Origin: Octopus vulgaris
Taxonomy: Eukaryota
NCBI GenBank assembly: GCA_951406725.2
Contig: OX597816.1
Span: 137,950,001 to 138,014,000, forward strand
Reading direction: 5' to 3'
Length of the DNA stretch: 64,000 nt
Shown here: in pieces, positions 1 through 12,455 of the stretch
How positions within the stretch are numbered: position 1 is the stretch's first letter
Layout: the number at the start of each line of letters is the position of its first letter
Position numbers and translations under genes: made by a program
Notes under the pieces: model-generated
What the model was told of the DNA's origin: nothing
The model's database searches: none
The model's input: the letters and a program-made list of their open reading frames with translations, nothing else

Positions 1-85
1 TACATATTGTACACAGTCAGGTAATGCTGATATGTATGTAGTACGTGTGTAGTACATGCATACGTGTGTACATACATATATACAT

Positions 86-134
<49 letters not shown>

Positions 135-291
135 CTGAACTTATATATATATATATGTTCATATATATATATATATGTACATATTGTACACAGTCAGGTA
201 ATGCTGATATGTATGTAGTACGCACATATATGTATATATATATATATGCGTACTACATACATATCAGCATTACCTGACTGTGTACAATATG
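1..291. repeat. 45-bp unit present as a direct repeat (1-45, 178-222) and as a perfect inverted repeat (180-224 / 247-291) around a TA-rich spacer
   Basis: catattgtacacagtcaggtaatgctgatatgtatgtagtacgca (180-224) is the exact reverse complement of 247-291; the same unit opens the window. Confidence 0.9.
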
Positions 292-740
292 GCTGAATTG
301 GCTGACGAACAAATGAGATTAAGTCCCTTGATACGTGGAAGTAAATAGTGAGAAACTGACAGGTAAGTAGCATTCATTGTCTACTCAATGTCTCCTTGTA
401 CTCATTAATACTGAACGGCACTCTTTTGTCAGTATACTAATATTAAGTTGAATACTGACGCATCTGTGGCCATTGAAACACTAGCCCTCTGTATCTCTAC
501 ACCTACTCCAGCCGCGAAACTAATTCGATTGTGGAATAATGCCAGTTAAACTCTGATCTGAGTTATAATTAATGTCACTATCATTCATGTTTTTTTTTTC
601 TGTCTTTTATTCCTTTTTTGTTTTACTTTATTCTTTGATTACTGTGTGTTTTCTACATCTGTATTCCAGACACAATTATGTGTTATGCGCGAATGTGTGT
701 GTGTGTTTGTGTGCGTGCGTCTGCATATGTATATGTGTGC

Positions 741-792
<52 letters not shown>

Positions 793-1217
793 GAGACAGA
801 AAGAGAGAGAGAGAGAGGAAACAGAAAGGCAATGAGAGAGAGAGAGAGAGAGGAAACAGAAAGGCAATGAGAGAGAGAGAGAAAGGGGGAGTAAGAGTCA
901 GGCACAGGTGGAAATAAAGAAATAAACTTTACAGATACATGTATGTATATGGAACTCTACCCATTGTGTGTGTTTGTGTGTGTAGATAGATAAGTAATTA
1001 GATATACATACACATGTACACACATAATATATAAGTGTATGTATGCGTGTGCGCAACTTTTATATGATCTACATATCTATGTACATAAATGCCTTAATAC
1101 ACACACACGCGCGCGCGCCCATATACATACATATATATACATATACTTATATGTTTCTGTGCGTGCTTGTATGTGTGTTTGTGTTCGTGCGTGCTCGCGT
1201 GTGTGTGCGTATGTGGG

Positions 1218-1254
<37 letters not shown>

Positions 1255-1929
1255 GAATGCGCGCGCGTGTGTGATTATGCAGCTCCTGGTCTTGGTAGGG
1301 AAGTTTGTTTACCTTAATAGTATTAATTTGGGATCAGTCTGGCAGGAATCATATCTTGAAGTGAACCAATTATCACGCCTTATCGATCTTCAAGATGTCC
1401 TTTCCGTGCAATGAAGGAGCTTTTTTTTTTTTGTGAAACAAAATACAAAAACAACGCCAATCTATAGCAATAAATTGATAAAACAATGGTGTTTATTTTT
1501 GTCCTTTTTTTTCCAGTGAGAGAGCGCATGTTTGAGTTCTTGCAAAATAGGATATTTAACTCGTGCCAGTCAGTGCATAGTTAAACGTTTGGATAGAAAT
1601 GTGGGTGTTCGGCATGAAGCCAAATGAAGAGGTGAAAGGGATTGTGCTTTAAATCAAATCTAGTATTTTTCTTGTGATTTATTATTAAGCTCACGTAGAG
1701 TGAGTAAATTGACCCCTGTAGTACCTGAACACGAAATGTAAAAATTCAGAAGTACATACTCTAACTAACCTTGTCCGATGTTCTCCAACTTCCTTTGCCC
1801 ACCTGTATCTAAAAATAATTTTTTATACAACTATGAAGCCTGTGATTTATGAAAGAATGCTATAGAAATCGCGTTGTTGTATCGTTCATTCATTAACTAA
1901 TGATACTGAAAAAATGAAGCATGAACCAA

Positions 1930-2345
1930 AGAGGGAGCCTCATTCAGTTGGAAATGCTAGCTGAATCTCCGTTTTGTCATTGAATAATACCTTGTAAAAT
2001 GATTTGAAATTTTCGTAAAAGATCAGAGATTTCGAGGGAGGGGGACTAGTCGATTACATCGACCCCAGCATTTAACTGGTACTTATTTTTTCGACTCCGG
2101 AATGATAAAAGGCAAAGTCGGCCTCGACAGGATTTGAACTCAGAAAGTTAAAGATGAACGAAGCGCCGTTAAGCATTTTGCCCAATGTACTAACGATTCT
2201 GCCAGCTCCCCTGTAAGAATGAAAGAAAACATTAGATGAGATTATATAATCCTACGTACTTTACGAAGACGGGATGGTCATGGTTGGAGTGCCTTCGATT
2301 ATATTTCTTCACGATCAGAGATAATCTAGTGCTAAACAGCTACAA
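1930..2345 (+). mobile_element. Old SINE-like repeat (family D), interrupted by a minus-strand family-A SINE at about 2000-2210; related pieces near 9145-9362, 44340-44550, 50095-50305 and 57875-57950(-)
   Basis: Recurring 3' motif similar to ggatggtcatggttgga...gatca...ctaaaca at several loci; diverged. Confidence 0.5.
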
Positions 2346-2972
2346 ATGTAGCTGTGTTCTAATTAGGGATTACAAAAGAGCTCTTACATTTTCTGTAAGA
2401 TGACTGTAGCAGAAAAGTTCCCTCAACGAACTCTGCTATTAGTTTTAAAATGGAGGACAACCTTGATCAGTCACAGATTTGAGAAAGAATTTACTTTGTA
2501 AATAATCTTTGTATCAATCTTATACTATGAATCCATTCACACCCTGATAAGAATATTATTTAGATCCGAGTGCTTGACTGATACTTTATTTTATCGATCC
2601 ACGAAGAGATAAATGGCAAAGTTGACATTGAAAGGATTTGAACTTACAACATAAAGACTAAATAAATGTCACAGGTATATTGTTCGACGCTCTAACGATT
2701 CGGTCAAGCCAACGTCTGTACGTTGAGAAAATCTTGAGCCAAAATGTCGAGTCAACGACCGACATTAAAAGCGCGGACATACAATAAACATAGCATGGCT
2801 AGTGGTTGATTTGATCTCTCTTTGACCTAGAAATAATATAGCTGAAGTAACACCAGCAACAGCAACAGAAACAAGCGGAGGAATAACAATAGCAACCACA
2901 AGGCAATAATAAAAGCAAATGATCTATGGCATGATCTACATTTATCCTTTGCAATATTCAATTCAGTATTTT

Positions 2973-3266
2973 TTTCTATTATAGGCATAAGGCCTGAAAT
3001 TTTGGGGGAGGAAGCCAGTCGATTAGAGCGACCCTAGTACATACCTAGTACTTAATTTATCAACCCCAAAGGATGAAAGGCAAAGTCGAACTCGGCGGAA
3101 TTTGAACTCAGAACGTAAAGACAGAGTTCAAATTCCGCCGAGGTCGACTTTGGCTTTCATCCTTTCGGGGTCAATAAATTAAGCACCAGATGCGTACTGG
3201 TATTGATCTAATTGACTGTCCCTCCCCCCAAAAAAAATTTAGGGTATTTTGCCTAGAGTAGAAAGC
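2973..3266. mobile_element. Head-to-head pair of 5'-truncated family-A SINEs (tail-2 type) forming an imperfect palindrome with about 140-bp arms
   Basis: ...ggcggaatttgaactc-agaacgtaaagaca-gagttcaaattccgcc...; both arms run out to a tgcctaNagtagaaa-type tail. Confidence 0.8.
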
Positions 3267-3523
3267 AATATTTTTTGTCTTTCGACTATAATTACAAGGT
3301 CTGAGCTTTTGTGGGAGGGAACTAGTTGATTACACCGACGCCAGTGCTCAAATGTTACTTTTTTAATCGATCACGAAAGGATGAAAGGCAAAGCTGACCT
3401 CAGGAGAATTTGAACTCACAACGTAATGAGTCAGAAGATAGACTGCATAGCATTTTTGTCCGACATGCTAATGATTCTGTCAGCTTACTGCCTTTGCTTT
3501 GACTCAATATTAATGAAAGGGAA

Positions 3524-3749
3524 GGCGGCGAGCTGGCAGAAACGCTAGCACGCCGGGCGAAATGCGTAGCCGAATTTCGTCTGCCGTTACGTTCTGAGTT
3601 CAAATTCCGCCGAGGTCGGCTTTGCCTTTCATCCTTTCGGAGTCGATGAATAAAGTACTAGTTACGCACTTGGGTCGATGTAATCGCCTTAATCCCTTTG
3701 TCTGTCCTTGTTTGTCTCCTCTACGTTTAGCCCCTTGTGGGCAATAAAG

Positions 3750-3754
<5 letters not shown>
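3524..3754 (+). mobile_element. tRNA-derived SINE family A1, full length; a minus-strand relative lies just upstream at about 3280-3496
   Basis: A-box-like tggcagaaacgctagc, B-box gttcaaattcc, central gcctttcatcctttcgg..gtcgat, tail gccccttgtgggcaataaagaaata; near-identical copies at 7002, 8736, 10511, 11557, 18384, 40668, 61231. Confidence 0.9.
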
Positions 3755-3790
<36 letters not shown>

Positions 3791-3803
3791 TGTATATTAG
3801 GCG

Positions 3804-4645
3804 GAAAATTGTTATGATCCTTTGGACGAAAACTGATAAGGATTTAGCTACATTCCATAAGTGTGTTTTCCGTTTGTTCCTCTATATAATTTTTGAACTT
3901 ATTTATTGTAACGCCACACTCATTCTTATTTTTTAATCATTCAGTGAAGATATATTTTTGTGCGATGTCTATTTCTCTGTCCTTTTCACTTATTATCTTG
4001 TACTTTTGCCCTCTCTCCCCTTCCCTCTCTGCCTACTACTATTTGTTATTTCCTTTCGCTACCACGTTACCTGTAGTCACCCTCACCTCCCTTCTCCATT
4101 TCGTGTTTATGTCTGATTGCCAAGGCGACCAGTCGTATTTCTCTTGTCTTCCACTTTCAACACGGTTTGTTGTTTCACTGCTGTTCCATTCGTTTCCAGT
4201 CCTTTAAAACACTTTTTCTGGCGTTACCCATATATTTATCTCGTGTTTGAGCCACTTGGCCCTATTTTGATTGTATAATGTGTATTTATTTCATTTTGTT
4301 AGTATGTTCATTTTGTCGTGTTTCGTTTCGGTTCTATTTCTTGTCCGTTTGCTATTCGCCTCATGTTGAGCTGCAAGTACTTATTTTATATTATTTTGTT
4401 TGTGTAATGTAAATTCATTTAATTTCTGTTTGTATGTTCGCATTCTGTCGTATTTGGTCCCTTGTTTGTTTGCTCGCTGTTTCCCAGCGGCTTCGCGTGG
4501 TTGACGCCAGTTAAGGGGAACAATACTATCGATAAAGGTGTGAAATTGTTATGATCATTTGAACGATAAGTGAAGAAGATTTAGCGACATTTTGTGTATA
4601 TTTTCCGTTTGTTGTTCTATATAATTTTTGAGCATGTTATTTAAT
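3804..4645 (+). mobile_element. Element of about 740-bp period bounded by about 105-bp diverged direct repeats; Penelope pseudo-LTR or retrozyme-like (tentative)
   Basis: aaattgttatgatc...gatttagc.acatt...ttttccgtttgtt..tctatataatttttga at 3804-3908 and 4542-4645; no credible ORF inside. Confidence 0.5.
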
Positions 4646-6070
4646 TTAACACAACGCATGTTCTAAATTTGTAACCATTGTGTATATGTTTGTGTGTGCA
4701 CGTACGTGTGTGTGTTTGTGTATGTATGTACATACATAATTATACGAACATATATGTTTATATATACATACACACACACACATATATATATATACATATA
4801 TATGTTTATATGATATGAATAAATGTGTGGATGCGTGTTTGCGTGTCTCTGTTGTTTTGAAGGAGTATGTTCGTTCATGTAAACATGAAAATATTACTGA
4901 ATACGATGCGAATAAACGAATATGGGAGTAAGGGCTTAGAAATATTTGAATTTCTCTACCTTTTCAGAAGAGATAACTGATTGAACTTTCACAATTTATT
5001 CGTAATAACCGAAATCTCAAAAGAATCTACGCAATATTATTCTCATGTTACCTAGTATCTCATGTTACTATTTTGTCAAGATGCATCAAGTCTTTGAAAA
5101 ATAAATATATTTCTATGTCAATTGTAAAAACTTTTGAGAAAAATATATATATATTTTTTTAAAAATTACAATTTTGAACATTCTGGGTTTCGTGAACCTC
5201 TTAAATCGCAATATGGAGCTCATATGTTGTAACAAACTCAAGATTTCTTATTCAACGAATAATCATTAAAATTCAAAATGGTAACTATCTATTTACATTA
5301 TACTACATTGTAATGGTTGGTTTTCAAAAAAGAAAAAAAAAATCATCTACTGTAACCGTTCCTGGCTCATAATTGTTAAGATTCATAGTCTATACATATC
5401 TGTATTAATTTAACATATTCTCTGCTTACCTTCATCTTACATGCAACGTTTTCTCCTTTCGACTATATCCCTCGCTAACCTTTCTCTTTACCCCAACATG
5501 CTTTCTCTTTCTCTTTTCCTTCCTTCTTCACATCTTACCTACCCACCTTACGAGGGATGTATGAAAAGCCTCAAAAAACAAAATAAAACATGGTACAAGA
5601 CTTCTGATGAAGGTACAAGACTTCAAGGCTCAAAGGTCTCAAAACTTTTCCTACACCTCTGATATATCACACGCTCTCTTGCCTTTATGAGGCCATATAT
5701 GATTCTTTCATTTCTTCTCAAGCCACCAAATAAGAAAAATACGTTTTTCAATATTTTTTCAGTACATTAATGGGAAATGAATATATATTTAGATTGATGA
5801 ATAAATAGATTGTTTGTTTTCTAAGAAAGAACCACACAGTGCTTTTAATGAAGGAACAAAATGCTAGATTGCAGGTTGAAGTTGTCGGTGACATGTAGGA
5901 CGTTACTTCGGTAGCTATAAAGGCCCAGAATGTTGCATTTCAGGAAAAGAACTGGACTTTATTTCGAACTTTCATATAATAATCTCTCTCTCTCTTCTCC
6001 ACACACACAAATACATATATGAATATCTAATAGATACTTTGGTATACATTTTGCTATATGTATGAATATA

Positions 6071-6135
<65 letters not shown>

Positions 6136-6192
6136 GTACATACATACATACATACATACATACATACATACATACATACATACATACATACA

Positions 6193-6228
<36 letters not shown>

Positions 6229-6240
6229 TATATATGTATA

Positions 6241-6568
6241 GTAAAGTCTATTTGCCAACAGAATGTGGCAGTCCTACACAAGACGATCTTACTACTGGGT
6301 ACCGATATACAGTTTGTGTCCGTGTAGTATGAGCAAGGGAGGTTATAGTTCCCATCTCTAGGCTTCGTAATACTCACAGACCTAGGTTTCTGAGTTGTTT
6401 CCTGTCTTCGGTGTGAGATAATCGCAGGCAAGTGATGAGGGCTTATTCGACTTGCTCATACTATATACTTTTTAAAGCGACACACAGTCGCTGATCTCGT
6501 AAAGAGATAAAACTAGTTTTAAATCTCTGAGCAAACGGTAAAGTTTATTTGACAACAGAATGCGGCAA
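6241..6568 (-). mobile_element. About 297-bp partial-tandem unit containing a hammerhead-like motif (retrozyme or Penelope pseudo-LTR-like)
   Basis: 30-bp direct repeat gtaaagtYtatttgMcaacagaatgYggca at 6241 and 6538; 13-bp inverted repeat tagtatgagcaag/cttgctcatacta (about 6325 and 6451). Confidence 0.6.
6373..6417 (-). ncRNA. Minimal type-I hammerhead ribozyme-like motif (CCGAAGA core variant)
   Basis: Minus strand: CTCACA-CCGAAGA-caggaaacaactca-GAA-ACCTAGGT-C-TGTGAG; 6-bp stem I, palindromic stem III, GUC triplet; stem II weak. Confidence 0.65.
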
Positions 6569-6744
6569 TCGGAGTCAACAAGTAGGGGTACGACTGGACA
6601 TTTATACCATAATATACCGTAACTATATGTGTGTATTTGTGAGTGTGTATTGATGTATGTGTGTGTATTTATGTGTGTGTATGTGTTTAAATGTAGTTTG
6701 AATACCAGTGTTATTACTGCTATGTATTGAGGTATAATAGTACA

Positions 6745-7367
6745 ATGGCTTCAAATTTTGGCACAGGGCCAGCAGGTTTTGAAGGGAGAGGAAATCGATT
6801 ACGTTGATCCCACTGCTCACTTAGTATTTATCTTATCGACTCTTTTGAATTATGAAAAGTAAAATCGACGAATTTTGAACACCGAACGAAATGCCGCAAA
6901 GTATTTTGTCCGGCGTGCCAACGGTTCTTTCCTACTCTAGGCACAAGGCCTAGATATTTTATGGAGGAGGCCAATGGATTAGATCGACCCCAGTACGTAA
7001 TCGGCGAGCTGGCAGAAACGTTAGCGCGCCATGCGAAATGCTTAGCGGTATTTCGTCTGTCACAACGTTCTGAGTTCAAATTCCGCCAAGGTCGACTTTG
7101 CCTTTCATCCTTTCGGGGTCGATAAATTAAGTACCAGTTACGCACTGGGGTCGATGTAATCGACTTAATACCTATGTCTGTCCTTGTTTGTCCCCTCTAT
7201 GTTTAGCCCCTTGTGGGTAATAAAGAAATAGGTACTTAATTTATCGACCCCGAAAGGATGAAAGGCATAGTCGACCTCGGCGGAATTTGAACTCAGAACG
7301 TAAAAACAGACGAAATGCCGTTAAGTATTTCGTCCGGCGTGCCAACGGTTCTACCAGTTTACAGCCT
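6745..7367. mobile_element. Nested cluster of family-A SINEs: minus copies (tail-3 about 6745-6925; tail-2 6929-7000 plus 7231-7367) with a plus-strand A1 copy inserted at 7002-7230
   Basis: Host SINE sequence resumes (ggtacttaatttatcgacccc) directly after the A1 tail aaagaaata. Confidence 0.85.
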
Positions 7368-8576
7368 TATATTAAAGGTATAATGGAACAAATAGCTGAC
7401 AAGTATAGCTGAAATTTCCCAGAATAGCTTAAATATTCAAACGACAGCGAAAAGAAAGCAGAAGGCAAAAAAATTTCTCTGCACTTAAACATACAAAATA
7501 GATGCATTATTTGTGATTCTGGGGCCGTCGACTGACATTTGATTTATAGTTAGATATTAAGAAACTGAATGACCCAAAATGTATTCACTTACACACATAC
7601 ACACACATATTCATACATACTTACTTATACACACACACATGCATTTCGAAAGAAAAGAGAGAAAGAAAGAGACTAAGCACTGGCATTAGAATCTATTAAA
7701 TATCTGAGTCTGGTTAGAAAATGCATGATGGAGCATATGGAAACACCAGATTAGAATATATAACGTTACCTTATAAAATAAATCTTATGTTTTATTAATA
7801 ATGTAACATTTTGACCCAAAATTTTAATTATAGTTTATGAACAATGAATTTTTTTTTAAGATACATCATAAATTGTGCCAACTTTTGCAATTTGTATCTT
7901 CTCTGTTTAAAATCAATTCAATTTGTAACTTAATTGAAAACTGTCTTTTTTACGCCAAGTTGAGAGGTTAACTCAATAGATTAAATTTACTCACTAAATT
8001 CATCTCCACACAACTACGTTTTCATTAATAATTCCACAATTTATTGCCGTTTTGAAAGCCATTCATTTTTTTTTCCTCATCTCAATTTTCTGTTTAGCTT
8101 TGATTATGCTCACAAATTAATAATCGTAAAGAGTAGATGCTGCAGACTAAGACATAAATGGTTGACTAATAAATCTAGTGGTATGGTTTCTAATCTCATA
8201 CATAACCATTCTATATCGCTTTTCTTTTTCTTCCATGTTAAAAATATGACCGCATCCTCGACTACGCCATTTAATTTATTTAGAAAACACTCATTTATCA
8301 ACAGGCTACACCATTAGCCAACTCAACTGGTTTCTTGTTCAAGTCTCTCAAGCTTGTAATACGACGAACTCTCTGCCTAAGAAATAGCTTGCACAATACT
8401 AGTCACTATGCAAGCTTTTTCGAAAAATCATCATTCATACAGTTCCGAAGCTCTGCAATAAACATACCCTGTAATCAACTCTCCTCAGATCTACAGATCT
8501 TTAATCCTTTAATGACAGCGTTTCCATTAACAGAAATTTAAGAGCGTTGTAATAAATCATCGCAAAATGTAATTAA

Positions 8577-8966
8577 TCCTTTCTATTATAGGCACAAGGA
8601 CTGACATTTTAGGGGAGGGGGCTACTCCTCGACTCCAGTGTTCAACTGGTACTCAATTTATCGATCTCGAAATATGAAATGCAAAGTCGACCTCGGTGGA
8701 ATTTGAACTCAGAACGTAGCGACGGGCGAAATACGTATTTCTTTACTACCCACAAGGGGCTAAACACAGAGGGAACAAACAAGGACAGACAAACGGATTA
8801 AGTCGATTATATCGACCCCAGTGCGTAACTGGTACTTATTTACTCGATCTCGAAAGGATGAAATGCAAAGTCGACCTCGGCGGAATTTGAACTCAGAACG
8901 TAGTGGCAGACGAAATACTGCTAAGCATTTCGCCCGGTGTGCTAACGATTCTGCCAGCTCGCCGCC
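8577..8966 (-). mobile_element. Composite SINE: full A1 (8736-8966) joined to a headless tail-2 copy (8577-8735)
   Basis: Sequence match to family A; same architecture at 61077-61461. Confidence 0.85.
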
Positions 8967-10009
8967 TTAATGTAATTAAATAATAAAAACAAAGTACGTG
9001 ATTTCTATGCATCTCATCTTTTTCCTAACAATATCTTAATTTCAAATAAAAAATACCTAATCCCACAATGTATTACAGAAAAATGATTATGTTCCTTGTA
9101 ATAATTGAGTTAACTCTTTAACGTATTCAAACCATTAAATAACGGGACCCAATGAGGGAGATTTTACACAGTCACTCACTCTGCTACACATAGCGATTAA
9201 CTCCCATCTCAAGTCACATTATACTGTTATTAAAAACATGAAAGACACATGGAAAAATATAATCTGAGAAAACTTTTATCTGAATAGCAAAGAACTATCG
9301 TGACATGAATGGTTTTGATCCATCCATAGGTCTGGCAAGGGCTGACCTGGGACTAAACATCATATAGTCGGACGGTTGGCAGTATCGGATAAAATGTGTT
9401 ACGACATTTGTCAAGGCTGTCTGTGTTCAAGTTCCACGGAAGTCAAAGTTGTCTTTCATCGTTTTGGGTCGGCAAATAACGTACCTGTTCAGTGCTGCCA
9501 CAGCATTCTCTCTCTCTCTCTCTTGTAGTCACAACCTGAACACTTCGTTGGATCAAGGGCGAGAGGTCCCTGACGTTTTCTGCGTCAACTTGCTACTACA
9601 CGAGTATCTAATACAATTAACGAAAGTTCACACAGTACATAGTGCCGTCATCCACTTGCGAATGACGGGTGTAGTTCTTAATAATTATGTAATCACTATA
9701 TTACATAACTGAGATATTCCTAGGCGCGTGTCCTACCTGTCAGTTAACTTGGTTCTCCATTCATAGGCTCATAGATTCGATTCTTGGTCCGAGAGGTGTG
9801 TTGCGTTCTTTCGCGACGTACTTTACTTGACGTTACATGTATCCATTCAGCTGGTAAAAATGAATATTGAGACTGACAGAGCGCACGGTCAGCGTCAAAT
9901 TAGCATGGCTAACGAGTCAATGGTTGTACATCTAGCAACGAAATGCTACATACCCCAGCTCTCTCTCTGCACTTGCTCACTCACTCGCTCTCTCTCTCTC
10001 CATCTCTCT

Positions 10010-10068
<59 letters not shown>

Positions 10069-10510
10069 TCTCTCGATCATAAATCTTTGACGCCTTTCTG
10101 CTTTTACAACTGCTTCTGCTTTTCTGAATGAAGCATGCTGTGTATTGCAACTCTGAAATCATACGATACTTCCGTTTCCTATCCTCCCGGCATATTATTA
10201 TGTGTAATCCGGTGTTTTTCAACATTTTCCCTCCACATCTCACTTTGATTACTCTCCAAACCCAACAAATAAATATCTCAACAACAGCAGCAACAACAAG
10301 ACAACATTAACGTGTGCCTAATCAGGATTAGGCAAATTGTATATTCAAAAGAGGTTTTAATGAAAAATGTATTGCAAGTATTATCCCTATGTCACTTACT
10401 TAACAGCCACATTCTAAAGTAACTCTCGCCTCATGAAAATATATGGCTTCAAATTTTTGCACAAGGCCAGTAATTTCAGGGGTGGAGGTAAGTCGATTAC
10501 ATCAATCCTA

Positions 10511-10740
10511 GCGGTGAGCTGGCAGAAACGTTAGCACGCCGGGCGAAATGCCTAGCGGTATTTCGTCTGCCGCTGCGTTCTGAGTTCAAATTCCGCCGAG
10601 GTCGACTTTGCCTTTCATCCTTTCGGTGTCGATTAAATAAGTACCAGTTACGCACTGGAGTCGATATAATCGACTTAATCCGTTTGTCTGTCCTTGTTTG
10701 TCCTATCTGTGTTTAGCCCCCTGTGGGTAGTAAAGAAATA
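10511..10740 (+). mobile_element. SINE A1 with 16-17-bp TSD, inserted into an opposite-strand family-A SINE (about 10445-10830)
   Basis: TSD gattacatcaatccta(g) at 10495 and 10741. Confidence 0.92.
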
Positions 10741-10999
10741 GATTACATCAATCCTAGTACTCAACTTACTTATTTTATCACCGCCGAAAGGATGATAGAC
10801 AAAGTCGACTTCAGCAAAATTTGGACATGCGACATTTAGATATCAACAAGCTCCAACATGAGAAACTGTGGTCTAGGCCCCGAAAATCACCAAATTTTAT
10901 CTCTACGCAGAACCGTTTATAGAAGAGGGGAAGAAAGCAAACTAGCCTTCATAACATTCGTAATTATACATACACAGACACGCACATGTACATACAAAG

Positions 11000-11410
11000 G
11001 TAGAGGCGTGGTTGAGTGGTAAGAAGTTTGCTTTCCTACCACATGGTTCCGGGTTCAGTCCCACTTGGCTCCTTGGGCAAGTGCCTTCTACTATAGTCTC
11101 AGGTCAACTAAATCCTTGTGTGTAGATTTGGCAGACAGAACGGAAAGAAGACCGTTGTGTGTGTGTGTGTGTGTGTGTATGTCTCTGTGTGCGCGTGTGT
11201 AGCAGTGTTTGTTCCGCACCACCGCTTGACAACCAGTGTTGGTGCGTTTACGTCCCAAGTTGGGCAAAAAAGGACCAGTTAAACATGTACCAGGCTTTTT
11301 TAAAAAAAAAAAAAAACAAGTCGTAGGGTCGATTGATTCATTCGACTAGAAATTCTCCACGGCAGTGCTACAGCATGGCCGTAGTCTAATGACTGAAACA
11401 AATAAAAGAT
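11000..11410 (+). mobile_element. tRNA-derived SINE family B with internal (TG)n/(TA)n
   Basis: Head ggcgtggttgagtggtaag...gggttcagtccc, ccttgggcaagtg, 3' end cagcatggccgtagtctaatgactgaaaca. Confidence 0.85.
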
Positions 11411-11556
11411 ACATAGTTGAGGTTTACGCACGTGTTGGAATGTAACGCGATTTACTGCGCGTCTCACAGACAAAGTATAAGATTGTATACAACAAATTAG
11501 ATTTTCCTGGATATTAACAAGTGTACGTTCTGTGGACAGCGTGGAGTAAGAAAGCT

Positions 11557-11801
11557 GGCGGTGAGCTGTCAGAAATGTTAGCACGCCGGGCGAAATACTT
11601 AGTGGTATTTCGTCTGCCGCTACGTTCTGAGTTCAAATTCCGCCGAGGTCGACTTTGCCTTTCATCCTTTCGGGTCGATCCTTTATCGGTCGATAAATTA
11701 AGTACTAGTTACGCACTGGGGTCGTTTACATCGACTTAATCCGTTTGTGTGTCCTTGTTAGTCCCCTCTATGTTTAGCCCCTTTTGGGCAATAAAGAAAT
11801 A
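11557..11801 (+). mobile_element. SINE A1 with about 13-bp TSD
   Basis: TSD taagaaagctggc at 11547 and 11800. Confidence 0.9.
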
Positions 11802-11967
11802 AGAAAGCTGGCACATTACTACAAAGCTGAAATGGACCAGGGTGCTTCACCAGCTGTTACAGCCACATGTTACCCTCTTTGGTCAAAAGTAGATGACATG
11901 TGGCATACACATAACTACAGTAGTAATAAAAACGCTATCGTAAAGTAGTAGACGATGAGGATAGCTT

Positions 11968-12245
11968 ACAGCAACGACGACGACGACGATGATGATGACG
12001 ATGACGACAACGACGACGATGATGATGATGATGACGACGACGATAAGGATGTTGATGATGATGATGATGACTATGACGATGATGACGACGATGATGATGA
12101 TAATGATGATGATGATGACGACGATGATGATGAGGATGATGATGATAATGACGACGATGACGTTGATAATGACGACGATGATGATGATGATTATGAAGAT
12201 GATGATGATGATGATGATGGAGATGGTGATTATGATGATGATGAC

Positions 12246-12282
<37 letters not shown>

Positions 12283-12330
12283 GTGATGATAATGATGGTG
12301 ATGATAATGACGGTGATGATGATGATGAAA
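11968..12330. repeat. (GAT/GAC)n trinucleotide tract; further trinucleotide low-complexity blocks at about 13040-13372 and 15560-16320, including (AGA)n at about 16207-16317
   Basis: Direct reading; yields homopolymeric ORFs in all frames. Confidence 0.95.
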
Positions 12331-12392
12331 GTGATGTTACTACCGCTGTTACTGCTGTTACAAAATATAATGAAACGTAAGTTAAATTCATT

Positions 12393-12455
<63 letters not shown>

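Noticed and set aside
3524-3610. SINE heads as functional tRNA genes (also 24162, 44571)
   Set aside because: A and B boxes present but no complete cloverleaf; they continue into SINE bodies, some with TSDs
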